DNA of 64,000 bases from the human T2T-CHM13v2.0 reference genome, Homo sapiens. The stretch lies in NCBI RefSeq assembly GCF_009914755.1, contig NC_060930.1; one strand, given 5' to 3'. This document shows positions 14,638-31,000 of this stretch, piece by piece. A program made the translations under genes and the position numbers. Each line of letters begins with the position of its first letter. The first letter of the stretch is position 1. A model generated the notes under the pieces. The model did no database searches and was not told the DNA's origin. It was given only the letters and a program-made list of their open reading frames with translations.

Positions 14638-14748
14638 TTTTTTTTTCTTTTTTTTTGAGGTGGAGTCTCACTCTGTCACCCAGGCTGGAGTGCAGTGGCG
14701 TGATCTCGGCTCACTGTAACCTCCGCCTCCCATGTTCAAGCAATTCTC
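14638..14748 (-). mobile_element. Truncated Alu right arm
   Basis: Poly-T then GAGGTGGAGTCTCACTCTGTCACCCAGGCTGGAG, ending at CAATTCTC. Confidence 0.92.
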
Positions 14749-14779
14749 TTGTATTACTTTTCAAAAAATTATTTTTGAA

Positions 14780-15967
<1,188 letters not shown>

Positions 15968-16454
15968 CTGCCCTGAATGGGCACAACCAATTACAACTCA
16001 TTTTCAAGCAACAACTGGGTTGAAAATAGCTGAAAGAGAAAGCCTGAGTTCCAGGACCATAGCAATAAAGAATATCACTTTTCCAAGTTAGATGAGCTGT
16101 AAGTATTATAATGTGACTTAAAAGCTATCAGACGTGACTCTGACATTCTGTTTAATTCAACAGACATTTATTGTGCTCAGCACTGTCCAAAAACCCGGTA
16201 GGACAGGGGTCGGGGAGTGTTCCTTGTACGCACAGACACTGTGATCTCAAGAACACTAGTCTAGCTGGGGAGACAGAGAGCTACAGAACCGTATCTCCAG
16301 ACAGACTATGGCTGCTGCTGTCATGGCCAAAATAAGTGCTAGGGAAGCACGAGGGAGAGAATATTTTATTCTAACTGGGAAGATGGAAGTTTTATATTTG
16401 AACTGATCCTTAAAAGGTTAGCAAAATATTGATAAAGGCTAGGGAATGAACATT

Positions 16455-17200
<746 letters not shown>

Positions 17201-17264
17201 AGCAACACCTGGAAAAGAAAGTGGAGTGAGAAACATCAGAGAAGTTATGTGCGGTACCTAGTCC

Positions 17265-17420
17265 AGTGCTTCTCAAACTTGAGCATGTGTCAGAGTCACC
17301 TGGGGGGCTCGTTGCCACCAATATATGGGCCCCAGCCTCAGAGTTCCTGGTTCAGTAGCTCTGGGATGGAGATTAAGAATGACCATTTCTAACACATTCT
17401 CGTTTACGGGCATTAAGGCT
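17265..17420 (-). mobile_element. MER5A
   Basis: CAGTGCTTCTCAAACTTGAGCATGTGTCAGAGTCACCTGG ... CATTTCTAACA. Confidence 0.8.
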
Positions 17421-17679
17421 TCTAAGATAGCCATCCATTCTGTACAGAGACACAAGGCTAATCAAGCAGAAGAAAGAGAAGTTTCCTAAACTGAAAAAAA
17501 AAATACATACATATTTCCAACAAATGCATAACATGGATTTCATCCAAGAATAGAGCTGGCATGCATTGTCACACACCATCACCACTGATAATCTACTGAG
17601 AATTGCTCATCTATTGATAGCCTAATGAGAATTTCAACATCCAGGAATGAAGAAGAGGTTGATGTTGGTTATTCTGTTT

Positions 17680-18150
17680 GTGCCTTATCCCTGCCTCATT
17701 CGAGATCTATTCTCTGTGAATCAGTGCAGTGTGGGAAATAGACAAATAAACATCATTCTCTGCCCTTCTCTGGGTCAGGGAGGCTAAACTCTCTGGACTG
17801 GACCATCCAGATTGGCCAACTGGAAGCACTATCAGGAAATCAAAAAGTGAGAGAGGAGAGAAGTAAGAGCGATTATTCCCCCTGCTCCCTTGTGGTTCTC
17901 CAGGGACTGCTGGTGGCTGTGTCACCAGGCGGCTGCCCTCCTGCTGGAGGCTCATTTCTTATCAGATGCTGACAATTCTGTCCTCACCCCCCACATTGGG
18001 CATGGGGATTAGAGCTTCTCACTATTCCTGGTTCCGGGTGCCTCACCACTCCAGGCTCGTTCCCTTAACTCTGCTCAAAGTGCTTCATTAATAGTCTTTC
18101 CAGTTCAACTGTCTTTTTTTTTTTTTTTGGCCAGGATCCTGACCAATAAC
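17680..18150 (+). mobile_element. LTR16-like ERVL LTR remnant
   Basis: GATTGGCCAACTGGAAGCACTATCAGGAAATCA ... ATTCCCCCTGCTCCC ... CCCTTAACTCTGC. Confidence 0.5.
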
Positions 18151-19369
18151 AGTGTGTTCAGAGGGGGGGGAAAAAAAAAAAAAGACCTGGGTAAAGCTAT
18201 ACATCTGTATTTCTGAGCCTTTTGACATAAAAAAAACCGTGATAACACTCAAGTTGACATTGAAATTTGAAGACCTAAATGCAAGATAAAATGAAATGTA
18301 AAATGAATAAATAGATGAGTAATATGTAAACATAAAACAAGGCCCTGGGATGATTGTGTCCATTAAAGATATACCAAAAACAAAACAAAACAAAAACAAA
18401 CAAACAAAAAACCACAAGAAGAACTTGATAGAGACTTTTTTCTTTCAATCCCTAAGGAATTTGCTACAGGCAAGGGAGAGGCCCCAGAAGTACTAATTTG
18501 TGCTATATGAAACTTTCCCCCATCTACACACGTTCTGGGAACATGGAATATTGGCACGAGAAAAGATAGTGTAATTTAGGCTGTGCACATGAAAACCTTC
18601 AGAAGCATCTTGGGAAACCTAAGATAAGATCAGACAGAAATTAAATAACCAGAGAACACACTGCTAACACAACGTGTTGCAATCAATTTAAAGTTCACAT
18701 CTTGCTTGATCTATGCATCCATAATGAAATCAACCAAAAGCTGAGGGCTCTTCCATCAATTTCAACTCTATTCCACAGCACTCCCCAGCCCCAGGCTCTG
18801 CCAGAGCTCTTGGGTCAACGTCTTAAAGAACGCTATGATGCTTCTGCTTCTGTCCTCAAGGATCCTATGAAAGTCAGAGCTTCCAGGAGGAGACCCGGTA
18901 TTCTTCAGCAAAGATGGCCAGTCACTTCAGATCTTGCAGGGACTTTGTAAGTGAGGCACTTAAGTGAGACAGCAGGGTTTTTTACAGCAAGGGAGGATTT
19001 CGTTTTAGGCTTGCTGCTCTTCTAAAAGGCCCTCTGTTCTTTTTTTCGCTGTATACACTGTGCCCTGTTGTTTTCCAGATTTCCATGGTTAAGTCCAGCA
19101 CCCCTATTAAGGCTGTTTGAGTCCTTCAGAATTTGCAGAGCTTCTCTGCTAATCCGATGTGTGTAGTGCTTTTCTTTCAGCTGGGCGTGAATGTAGGGCA
19201 AACCAATGCTTTTGTTCACTACAGCAGAATTTTTCCCCATGTGATAATGTAAGATGTGGTGTGTGTCTTTAATCTTCTTATCAATGAGTCATTCTAGTTT
19301 ATTGGTTCCAATATTTTACCTCAGGTGAGAGGACATCACGATCATGCCCAAAATAGTAGGTAATGAACA

Positions 19370-19545
19370 CTTGCTATGTACTAAATGATGCATATTAAAG
19401 TACTTAATCCTATAGTAATCCTGCCAGGTATCCCCATCTTTACAGATGAAGAAATCAAGCTTAAGAGAGACTAAGAGACTTTTTCAAGATCATAGAGCTG
19501 GTCAGTGGCAGAGCTGGGGTGTGAATCCAGCCAGCCCATTCTTTA
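19370..19545 (-). mobile_element. MIR SINE
   Basis: CCCATCTTTACAGATGAAGAAATCAAGCTTAAGAGA reverse core. Confidence 0.8.
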
Positions 19546-19560
19546 ATTCTTTAGTCTAAT

Positions 19561-19748
19561 CCAGTTGATCTTGACCGAGGGTGACTTTGGCAATGTCTAA
19601 GGACACTGGGTTGTCACGACTGAGGAGATACTACTGGCATCCAGTGGGCTGAGGCCAGAGATGCTATAAGCATCCCACACCAGCACCCCCACAAAGAATC
19701 GCACAGCCTCAAATGGCCACAGTGCCAAAGCTGACAGACCATGGCCTA
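19561..19748 (+). mobile_element. MER20 hAT-Charlie element
   Basis: TTTGGCAATGTCT ... GGTTGTCACGACTG ... ACTGGCATCCAGTGGGCTGAGGCCAGAGATGCT. Confidence 0.85.
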
Positions 19749-20217
19749 CCCACTGTGCTATATTAGGTTATAATCCTTTTTTGGTTTGCTTTAATGTCAA
19801 GGTATTTGTTAGGATGTCTTTGTTGGAATAGGTTATAGGCATGTCTCTTTAAGATTTACCCTTGATATATTAGAAAAAGTAAGTTCTGCTCCTCCCCCCA
19901 GTTTCCTTCATCTCTCTTCCCTTTCCTGAGTTGGAATAAAAGAATGATTAACTGTTTGGTAGAACATTCATTCTGGGAGAACAGTATGTTGTACTTGGAT
20001 GTCCTGTGATGAGCTGTCCGGTTCTGGGTTTGACTTGGTAGGATACATCCAGGCAGCTTTGCAGATATATATAAAATAATTATCATAGGAGGTTAGAGAA
20101 AAGAATTCTCATGATTTCCTTGGCTCTTCCTGTACAGTACATTGAAATATCATACCAATTCTACAGTAGTTTGAGAAAAGCACAGTGCAGGGCTGCAAGC
20201 TGTATTTTCAGCTTTTA

Positions 20218-20696
<479 letters not shown>

Positions 20697-21971
20697 CTAG
20701 ACAAGGAGGAAGGCTTTCTTCCTGTTTGTTTATGAATGGAAAGCGTGCTGGCAAATTAAAGAATTTTTTAAAAGATCCTCCCCTCCCCCCAAAAAAGACC
20801 TACAGGCAAGTTTGGAAACTTCTAGAAGGGTAGAGCAGAAAAATGCTTGGAAAATCAAGGCCATGAATGGGGCTGTTAATGTAATGCAGGAGAAGTCCTG
20901 CCGGGACGGAGAACTGTGGGAACAACTTATAACTTTCCATGTGGCCTTAGGCTGGACGTGAAAATCTGATAATGACGATTTTTAAGCACGCAATGAGCAG
21001 AAACATCTGGAAACACGTCTGTGTGCTGGTTGGCAGGTACAAATGCCCTGACTGAGAAAAGCCATGGGAGAGAGCCATGGATGAGCAGTCCCAACATTGC
21101 AGGGACCCAGCAACCGTCGGCCCCAAAGCCCTGTGCTCTCCTTTCTCCTTCAACTCCACCTTCCAGCCGCAGAGTGAGGGCCAAACACTCAGAACCTAAA
21201 TGTGCAATGTGATCCAGTCGCTTAGAGTGCTCTGGGGATCTTGTTGAAAGGCAGGTCTGGAGGGGGCCTAGGACGCTGCATCTCTGCCGGGTCCCAGGTG
21301 GTGCTGGCTCTGGCGAGCCCTGCCACTCCACAGACCTCGCTTTAAGTAACGAGGATCTAACCAGGAAGGGAAAGGAACCCCACACCCCGACAGCGAAGGA
21401 GCCTCATGAACATTTGCTCACCAGCCCCATTTTCTTCCCCGTTCCGACACATTCTCCGCGTTGCCGTGAAGTCAGAGAAGTCTTCCCAGATGCAGAATCG
21501 GATCACATCTCGCCCCTGTCCTTTGCCCTTTGCCCTTTGCTGTTAGAATGAAGTCCCAACTCCCAGCTTGGCATTTCAGGACTCCGGGCAGCCTGGTGCC
21601 AGTTGCCCTGTGGAACCATCACCTTCACCTCTCTCTGCTCCACTACAGGCAACTTCTCCCTCGGCTGAGCAGCCCAAGCTCTTCCACACCTTCTCTCCTT
21701 CTTCCCCTCTCCATCCTTCATCCGAGATGTCCTCCTCTCTCCCCACCACTGAACTCCTCCTCACCCTGTGACACCCTCCCCTCCAAAGCCTTCCCGGCCA
21801 GGCAGTTGCTTCCCATAGCCATCTTTAAAGACCTCTGATATAGTGCATAGGCCACTGCATTGATATGTTTTATGATGCTTGTATGTTGCCCCCTAAACTG
21901 TGAAACCTCAGGAGCAGAGACTGTTTCATATTTGGGCAATCCCACATCTTCACACAGCACTGGGCACGTGA

Positions 21972-22625
<654 letters not shown>

Positions 22626-23656
22626 GTGGGATGTTAAAAAAAACAGGATGCATCTTTGGCAGGGCCTGATAATAAGAGAAATGAATCACAACTCTGTCCC
22701 TTGCTCCTTGCCATGCTTCATCCTTACCCAGCTTCCGAAACAAACAGCCCTCAGGCAAGCTTTTTCTTTGTAGTGGATGCACCCTGGAGCTGGACTACGT
22801 CCCGGTGTGTCCTTCATGTGGTGCTCACAGCCCTCCTATGGGCCATCGGAAATGTCATATGTGGCAGCCTGTCAATCATTCAATGATAAGGGAATAGGGA
22901 AGGGAGCACGGAGCTCAAACATGTGTTTGCAACCAAGTCGAGGGGTGTGCGAGGGAGGGTGGGCACTGCCCTTGGGCTATGAACAGCATCCCACAACTTC
23001 CAGGCAACACGCACAGTGCCAGAGCCATACTGAGTTGGCCTGCAGATTTCACAATGTGAGTCTCTTGACCCCAGTTGGGTCTTGGTCCAGGTGTAGCATC
23101 CATGTTCACTGTCACAGAGGGGTTAATGAGAGCCTCAGTGGATGCCACCATCCCAACCAGGACCTTCCAAAAAGAACTTGAAGCAGACTAGACAGCTGGT
23201 GTCGGGGCCGGTGGGGCCTGACTTCCCCACTTGCCATTAGAGACACCCAAAGCAAGGAGGTGGATAGCCCTACCACTAGGTTGGCTGAAGCTTTGAGAGG
23301 TCTCAGGTGCGATTCAAAGTCTGCGTCTGTTCAGCCCTGCTTCCTCCCCCTTCATTGGCCTAGATTGCTCGTAAACTTCATCTCAGCGTGTGGACAGCCC
23401 AACCTGCAACAGGCTGGACTTGGAATAGGATATCTCCTCCCATGTTCTTGCTCCCCTCTTTCTCCTTCATGAAGCCTGCATGTTACAATCCCTCAGCCAC
23501 ACAAAACTAGTTTGTGTCTGCAAAAGACCACGCATATCTGTGTGTCCTCACTTGGGCTCATTGCGATCTTCCCTTCCCCTCCTTTTCCTGCATCATCTAC
23601 CTGGCAACCTTCTCACCTTCCTATGCGGCTCAGCTCAATGGCCTGACTCTCCTAGC

Positions 23657-23740
23657 TTTCTTTTTCTTTTTCTTTTTTTCTTTTTGAGACAGCGTCCCAC
23701 TCTGTCATCCAGGCTGGAGTGCAGTGGCACAATCACTGCC
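23657..23740 (-). mobile_element. Truncated Alu 3' fragment
   Basis: T-rich tail then GAGACAG...CAGGCTGGAGTGCAGTGGCACAATCA. Confidence 0.85.
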
Positions 23741-23742
23741 CT

Positions 23743-23972
23743 AAGGGATTTGGGCCCTTATAACAGAGATGCTTGCTCCTTCTACCACATGAAGAAACGA
23801 TGAGAAGACAGCATTTATGAGACAGAAATAGGACGCTCACCAGACACTGCATCTGCCGGCACCTTGACCTTGGACTTCTCAGCCTCCAGAACTGTGAGAA
23901 ATAGATTTCTGTTGTTTATAAGCTGCCCAGTTTAAGGTAGCTTTAGTATAGCGGCCTGAACAGATTGAAAGA
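23743..23972 (+). mobile_element. MaLR LTR 3' part (MLT1A-like)
   Basis: CTCACCAGACACTG ... CTTGGACTTCTCAGCCTCCAGAACTGTGAGAAATAGATTTCTGTTGTTTATAAGC. Confidence 0.88.
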
Positions 23973-25410
23973 GCAGAGAACAGCCAAAAGAGAGTTTTGA
24001 TAACTGGCTCCTTCCTTGAAAAGGAGATTTATAGATCTGTGGCATTAAGTTCATAAGATTCATACCTGGAAGGAGGAGGAGGGCAATTTATTCAACAAAT
24101 CCTCACTAAGCACTTCAGTGTGCCCAGCCCTGTTCTAGGCACTGGGGATGAGGCAGGAGCTTACAGTGGTGGCCCCGTTATGGTCCAATGTAGCATTCAA
24201 TTAAACCACTAGTGCAACATCCAAAAATATATTTCATTCTCTACTGTTGTTTCTCATAAAAACACCAAAGAGGGAGTGTCCATTCATTATCAGAACTGAC
24301 AATTTAAATCCTCTTTCTCATCGCCTCCATTTGCCACTCTCACACCCAGCAACTGCCCCCAAATCCCCCCATGCAAAACGCCCAACTCCCCACAGCCAGT
24401 TCGGCCCCTCCTGTAATGGAGAGCAAAAGGCAGCAGCAGTGACAGAAAAATAAATAGGTCATTGCCTAAAGTTGGCTCCCAAGTCAGAAAGGGAACTGCT
24501 AGAACCCAGGGCCCCAAAACAGGGAGCGGAGCCCCACCAGCTACCATGCTTTACATTTTTTTTAAAGGCAGAAATAAATCTTCAGGAGGCCACCGACTTC
24601 ATCCTACATCATGGCAGCGAGCTGCCTCTTGGGGAAAGCTAACTCCAGATGGTGTTTATCAAGGAAGATGGTGAGAAGGAACAGCAGTGTTTATTGTGAG
24701 AATGTAAAAGATCCTTTGTCATTGTTTATTGGCCATTCCTGACACATCGAATGACCAGTGTGTACTTTATTATTCTGTTTGATGGATATTAAGGAGAAAA
24801 AAGTCACTCATCAAGTGCTGAAGAACTGCCTTCTGCCTAAGGCACTCTATGAAGATGTAAATTTGATAATAAGTTCTGCCAGACATTTTCAGCCCTTACG
24901 AACCAGTGAGCTGGACAGCCTTCCTTCACCACTTGATCCAGGGCTTAAAGAAACAGAAGGGCAATTGCCTGAACCCCTACCAACCTCAGGAAGTATTTGT
25001 TTTGTTCCTGCTTTTTGGCTACCTCACCACCTATGCTAATAAGAATAGCTACCATGTATTGAAAGAGTACTATGTGCCAGGCAGGGTGTCTGCCCTCTTC
25101 CATGGATAGTTCTCGGTCAACATGCTTAGATCCACCGCATTCAAAGATGAGGAAGTCAAGGTTCAGCAGTTTCCATGGCTTGCCCGAGGTCCCGCAGCTA
25201 ATACCAGAAGGAACCATTTCACTGACGCAGGAGTCAGTAGCCCAGCTCCCTGGGGTGCCCAGCCACCCTGCACCTTGGGACAGGAAGAGGGGCAACCCTG
25301 CTTTCTGTGCAGATGAATTCATTCACAGCTCACAATAAGGCTGTGCCCCTGCAGCAAACTCCACCAGGTGAACCCGACAGCTGATCACTTTCATGGGGAA
25401 AGAACATCAC

Positions 25411-25717
25411 TTTTATTTTATTTTGTTTTATTTTTTAAAAATTATAAATTACAAAATAGAGACAGAGTCTCCCTATGTTGCCCAGGCTGGTCTTAAAACT
25501 CCTGGGTTCAAGCAATCCTCCCACCTCAGACTCCCAAGTAGCTGGGACCACAGGCACGCACCACCACGTTTGGCTAGTGTTTTTAAATTATTATTCCTGT
25601 AGAGACGTGGGTCTCGCTCGTTGCCCAGGATGGCCTCAAACTCCTGGGTTCAAGCAATCCTCCCACCTTGGCCTCCCAAAGTGCTGGGATTACAGGTGTG
25701 AGTCACTGCACCCAGCC
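25411..25717 (-). mobile_element. Alu-like dimer of two FLAM-type monomers
   Basis: 3' monomer lacks the right-arm insert; TSD AAGAACATCA at 25400 and 25718. Confidence 0.85.
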
Positions 25718-26258
25718 AAGAACATCATTTTTACTAGTTAAGATACCAGAGGGAGACAAACTGAGTTGATCTGGAAGCTTTCTAGACAGTCACTATCAGA
25801 ACAAGATGCAAAACCCCAAGTTCTGCTGTTTCTAGATTATTCTTTGGCACATGTAACCTCTGAATCTCTCATGGGAAAATTCAATCCCTCTGCATTTTGC
25901 CAACCCTGAAATTGACTCAATCCCATTTTAAATGTTCACTCTCCCACCCCAACCCCTGCAACTTTCTGAATAAGTTAATTTTAACAAGGGGAATTTTGCT
26001 TTTCTTGTTAAACACATATGTAAAAGATGAGCTGTCTAATTGGCGACAGGTTATTCCAATATTATTGTAACAAAAACCATAGATCTCAGCTATTGTAATT
26101 CTTCTAAAAGTGTATTTTGTTTCTAATATTTCAATATAAATCTTTCAAGTGTTTGAGACACAGTGCTGCCTGCAGACAATTGAGGATGGAATATACAGAC
26201 AATTAGACCTTACCCCTTGCAGTTCAGCATTCACTTTGGAAATAAAAAGCCTTTTTAA

Positions 26259-26588
<330 letters not shown>

Positions 26589-26924
26589 TGACAAATAAGT
26601 TCTTGTTATTTTCCCTTCCAGACGCACACATAATTTCCCACCTCTGCAATCCTATCCTGTATGTTTTCAACACTGCTGAATAAAAATATCATTAGTTTTT
26701 GTGCATATTATTAGTAAGGGCTTGTTTCTCCTCCAGCTAGCAACACCTAGTAGCTGGGTATCTATGCACCTCAATTCATTTGAGGTGCATCTGATGAGTA
26801 TTTATGCTTTTAGCTTGGTCACAATTCTTTCACATCCATTATTTCATTTCATTCTTACAGTAACTCAATGAGGTTTTATTATTTTCATAAATGCAGAAAA
26901 TAAGATAGTAGGTTGTACTGTGGC

Positions 26925-27254
26925 CAACAGGGACAGCTTTTCTCTAAAGGATCAGGTAGAGAGTGAACTCTGCTGGCCATACGGTCTCTATGGCAACTAC
27001 ACAGCTCTGCCATTGCCCTGGGAAAGCAGCCCCAGACCATATGCAAATGAGTGAGTAGATCAGTGTTCTAATAAAACTTTATTTATAGATCCTGATATTT
27101 GAAGTCATATCATTTTATGTATCATGGAATACTATTCTCCTTTGATTCTTTTAGACATTGAAAAAATGTAAAACCACTCTTAGCTTGTGAACAGTACATA
27201 AACAGGCGGTGGCCAGATTGCCCCGCCTGTGGGCAGTAGTTTGCCAAACCCTGG
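26925..27254 (+). mobile_element. MER58B hAT-Charlie element
   Basis: GGCCATACGGTCTCT ... AATAAAACTTTATTTAT ... GTAGTTTGCCAAACCCTG. Confidence 0.85.
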
Positions 27255-28013
27255 CCCCCTGAATTAGGATGGACCATGAAAGAGCTCTAATTGGATTGTT
27301 TCTGCTTTCATGGGTGAGAAATCCCAGCCTCCAGAAGGCAGGTAGTTTGCTGTGGCCGGGTAGAACTAGAACTCAGATATTCTGAGTCTTAGTTCAGTGC
27401 ACTTTCCACACGAAGGCACTGCTTAAAATGAAAGCAAATAAAAAGCCAGTTAAAGAGAAAACTGCAAAAACTGCTCAGCATTTCACCCAAAGACAAGAAC
27501 ACCCCGTACTGGCTGCTCGGCCGTTGCTACTTTTGCAGACAGCTTTTGGCATGCTTTCAGAGGGCTTGAGAAATGATCACTGGTTAGGCAGAAATCGTTC
27601 CAAGAAACAGACAGTGACTTTTGCTCTGCTACTTCCTTGCACTATTACAATTTAACTCCTCTTCTGCCTGAGTTATGAAATCCGTAAAATAAGGAAATTG
27701 ATATTATCATTTTACCGTTTACGATAGTTTCACTCTTTATACCAGCTCTAGCAGTCCAAAAATACAATTCCACTTTTTCTTTTCCAGGTAAGGGCTAGCA
27801 AAGTGGTTGCATAACAACCACGACAAAGCAGCTGAACTTTCTCCATCCCTTCTGTTTGCTGGAGCTCTGAGTTTCCCCTAGCCTCTTTCTCTTTGTTCTC
27901 TACTGTTTCAGTAGGAACAAAACCTCACTAGCTGGAGGTGATAAGGCAGAGGAAAGGTGAGTCCACCCCTCCCAAAAATCAGACATTCTGACAGCTGGAG
28001 TAGAGACCACGGC

Positions 28014-28051
28014 TGTGTGTGTGTGTGTGGGTGGGTGTGGGTGTGTGTGTG
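28014..28051. repeat. Imperfect (TG)n
   Basis: TG repeat with GG interruptions. Confidence 0.85.
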
Positions 28052-31000
28052 ATGCCACACTTCCACATGCCTGTGCTCATGGAGAGAAAATGGAGACAGA
28101 GTTAAACTTTTGGGAGGAAGGAAAGCAGAAGGAGGCAGTCAGCACTTGGTATAACAGAGTAGAAGTCTACCTAGCCATAAGTTTCACCTTGCCACGTGGG
28201 CAGAGAAAAGAACACTCTGGAAGTTCTTTCCTATTCCCTGTACTGTTGCCTCCATTAGCCTCTTACTTGATTCGTTCTCAGTGGCCTGCCCTGTCTCTCC
28301 GGCCTGGCTGCCCTGAGTCATCAGTCCAGACAGAAGGCCCTGGGGGCCAAGTCACTTCCCAGGCCTCCCTAGGCCCCTCGTTTGTGCACTGTGTGCTTGG
28401 TCCCACCTCCCCTGCAGAGCACCCCACCTGCGTGCTAGTCCAGTGTGGGCCAATGTGTGAGCGTCTGCAGCCTCCCCTCCTGGCCTGAGAGCCCCTGAGA
28501 CCAGGGACTGCATTCACTGGACCCATCACTGGGTGCCAGCCCCTAGCAAAATGCCTGGAACACAGCAACAGAAACTGTTAAATGTTACAGAGCAAGTGAG
28601 CCTGGTTCCAAAAATGAAAAACTGAAAAATAGAAACCCACACTTTCTAATGAAGACTCTGTGTTGGTCACATAGGGCCTGCTGCCCTGGTGGGAAGCTGG
28701 ACTGAGCTGGGGTCCACTGTGATCTCCAGCAGGGCAGAAACAGCAAGGGCCTTAGGACTCAGGTAATAAACAAGCCCTGACCTTCTGGGGGCGACAAGGA
28801 TCATTAAGGTTATTCTCCCATTTGCCCACGTTCCACCTGGTGGAGGTGCTCAGTTGGCGAGAATCTTTGGCTCTCCTAAGACCCGAAGGCTTCTGTGAGG
28901 TGAGTCAGTGGGGAACGTGGCCTTGTCGACAGAGTGCACTGGCATTACCTGAGATGAGATCCGGGGGGAGTGGCCACAGAAGTGAAATGAGTAGCAAACT
29001 ACACAGCCTAGAGTCATGCCCACAAGATGTCCTTTTTCCTGCAGGTTCTCCATCCCTAAAATTAACATTGTTACCATCTTTCTCCCACTTCACCCCTCAA
29101 CTTGGAATATTGTCTAGCAAATACTGCATTGCTGCTTTATTCAGTCACTTTCTTACATTACCACTTTCAACATTTATTAAGCATCTACTATGTGACAGTC
29201 ACTGAGCTGAGTTCTATGGAGAAAAGACAGAGGAAAAGCAGATTGGCTGCCCCAGAAGCTTGTAGTCAGTCTGGGGAAGTGGAGAAGTTAAATTACCCAT
29301 TTGTAATCAATAGAATTTTATTAGGCACCTATTAAATGCCAGACACAATGAGAAAGTAGGTTAAATGAAATAATGAAGCCCATAATCCAGTAAAACTGAT
29401 AAACAAATATGCAAATAGCTATGATACATTATAAGATGCAATATGGTTGGAATAAATGGGTATTAAGCACAAAAACTTCAATTTGCCTGGAGGTTGGGGA
29501 AGCCTTCACCATATGAGTTTTTAATTGAGCCTTGGAGAATGAGGGGGAAGCAGTGGGGGCGGCGGGGAGAAGCAGAGGGAGAATTTGGAAGGAGGGGCCT
29601 TATGGACCAAGTGTATAGATTCGGTAAGAACCCAGGCCTAAAATACTATTATTTAGAGAATGCCAAGTACACATGGGCTTGGGGGAACCTGGCAGAAAAC
29701 ACGGGAAAGGGGTGCCAGGCTAAAAATAAAATTGGTAATGTACCCCACAAGCAATGGAAAGCCAAGGAAGGCTCTCAGGCCAAGGAATGCAACCACCATG
29801 CTCAGGTTGAAGAACAACCATTGACTGAAAGAATTAAAGGTCAGTGTGGGTGAAAAACCAAGTTAAAATTCTAAAGCAAATATTTTGACTCCCATTCAAG
29901 TGCTCTTTCCATCACACAAGTCAACCAGGACAAGGCTCAAAAAGAAGCCACCAATCTTTGACCACTGGAAAGTAGCTGGGACCTTCCAAAGGAAGAGATG
30001 GGAGGCGAAGCTGTGAGCACAGAAACGTGGGAAGTGACATGTATTCCCAGATAGTGGCCTCTTCCAGGGCAAGGACCATGTCTTACCAATCCGTGCATGG
30101 AAGCATCTTGCAAAGGCAGGTGTGAACTCCCTGGGGAGGATTCTCTAGAGAATGAGCAACTGCAGGCTGAGCAGGAGCGTGTGTGTGGGTGTGGAGAGAG
30201 GTATCCTCCACTGCGCTGGTCTTTCATGTGGGGTAGCCGAGATCTCCTCCTCACCGCCATCTGCACAATAAGCCTTTGCAATTTCAAAGCACCATCCCAC
30301 GTTTTCTCACATGTAACTGGCTGGTGGAGCAGATGTTGATGGGGAAGTCCTGCTGAAATGACTAATCACTGTCGACTGCACTGGAAAGAGAACCCAGGCT
30401 AGAAGCCAAATAAGGCAAAATGACATCACAGCAGCTTAAGAAAGAAAGGACCATTCATGTCTGACAAGTGTGTGATATTTGCGACTCAGAGCTTTATTAA
30501 CAGCGACGGGGCCCCAAAGCATTCCTACTTGTCCATCATATAAAAATTTAACAACAATTGGATTCCACAAGTCTTATCAAATACACACACAGACTGTAGT
30601 AATTAAGATCCTTCAGGAATTATATTTTACATTTAGTCCTACGTCTAAATTGAAAAAGATTTTCAGATCACTTTCGTGTGCACTGTAGGCTCAACTGTTT
30701 TTTGAAACTGCTTTACAATAACACAAATTGTGAGTGTTAACATAATAGATGCAATAATGTCTAATACATTGTTGCTAGGCATTTACAAAAAAGCCAAGCG
30801 CTATTAAAGTATGTGGTCAAAAGATTACAATGTAACTGAAGCCACATAATATGTTATAATGAGTATAAATTATGCATTTAATTTTAAAGGTTAGCTATAT
30901 GTTTAGTAGAGTGCTTTAAAAGCAAAATAATCTGATGACATAAACTTGAGTCATGCAAAAGCAAGTTGGTAAATATCGCAAAATATGATGGAGAACAATT

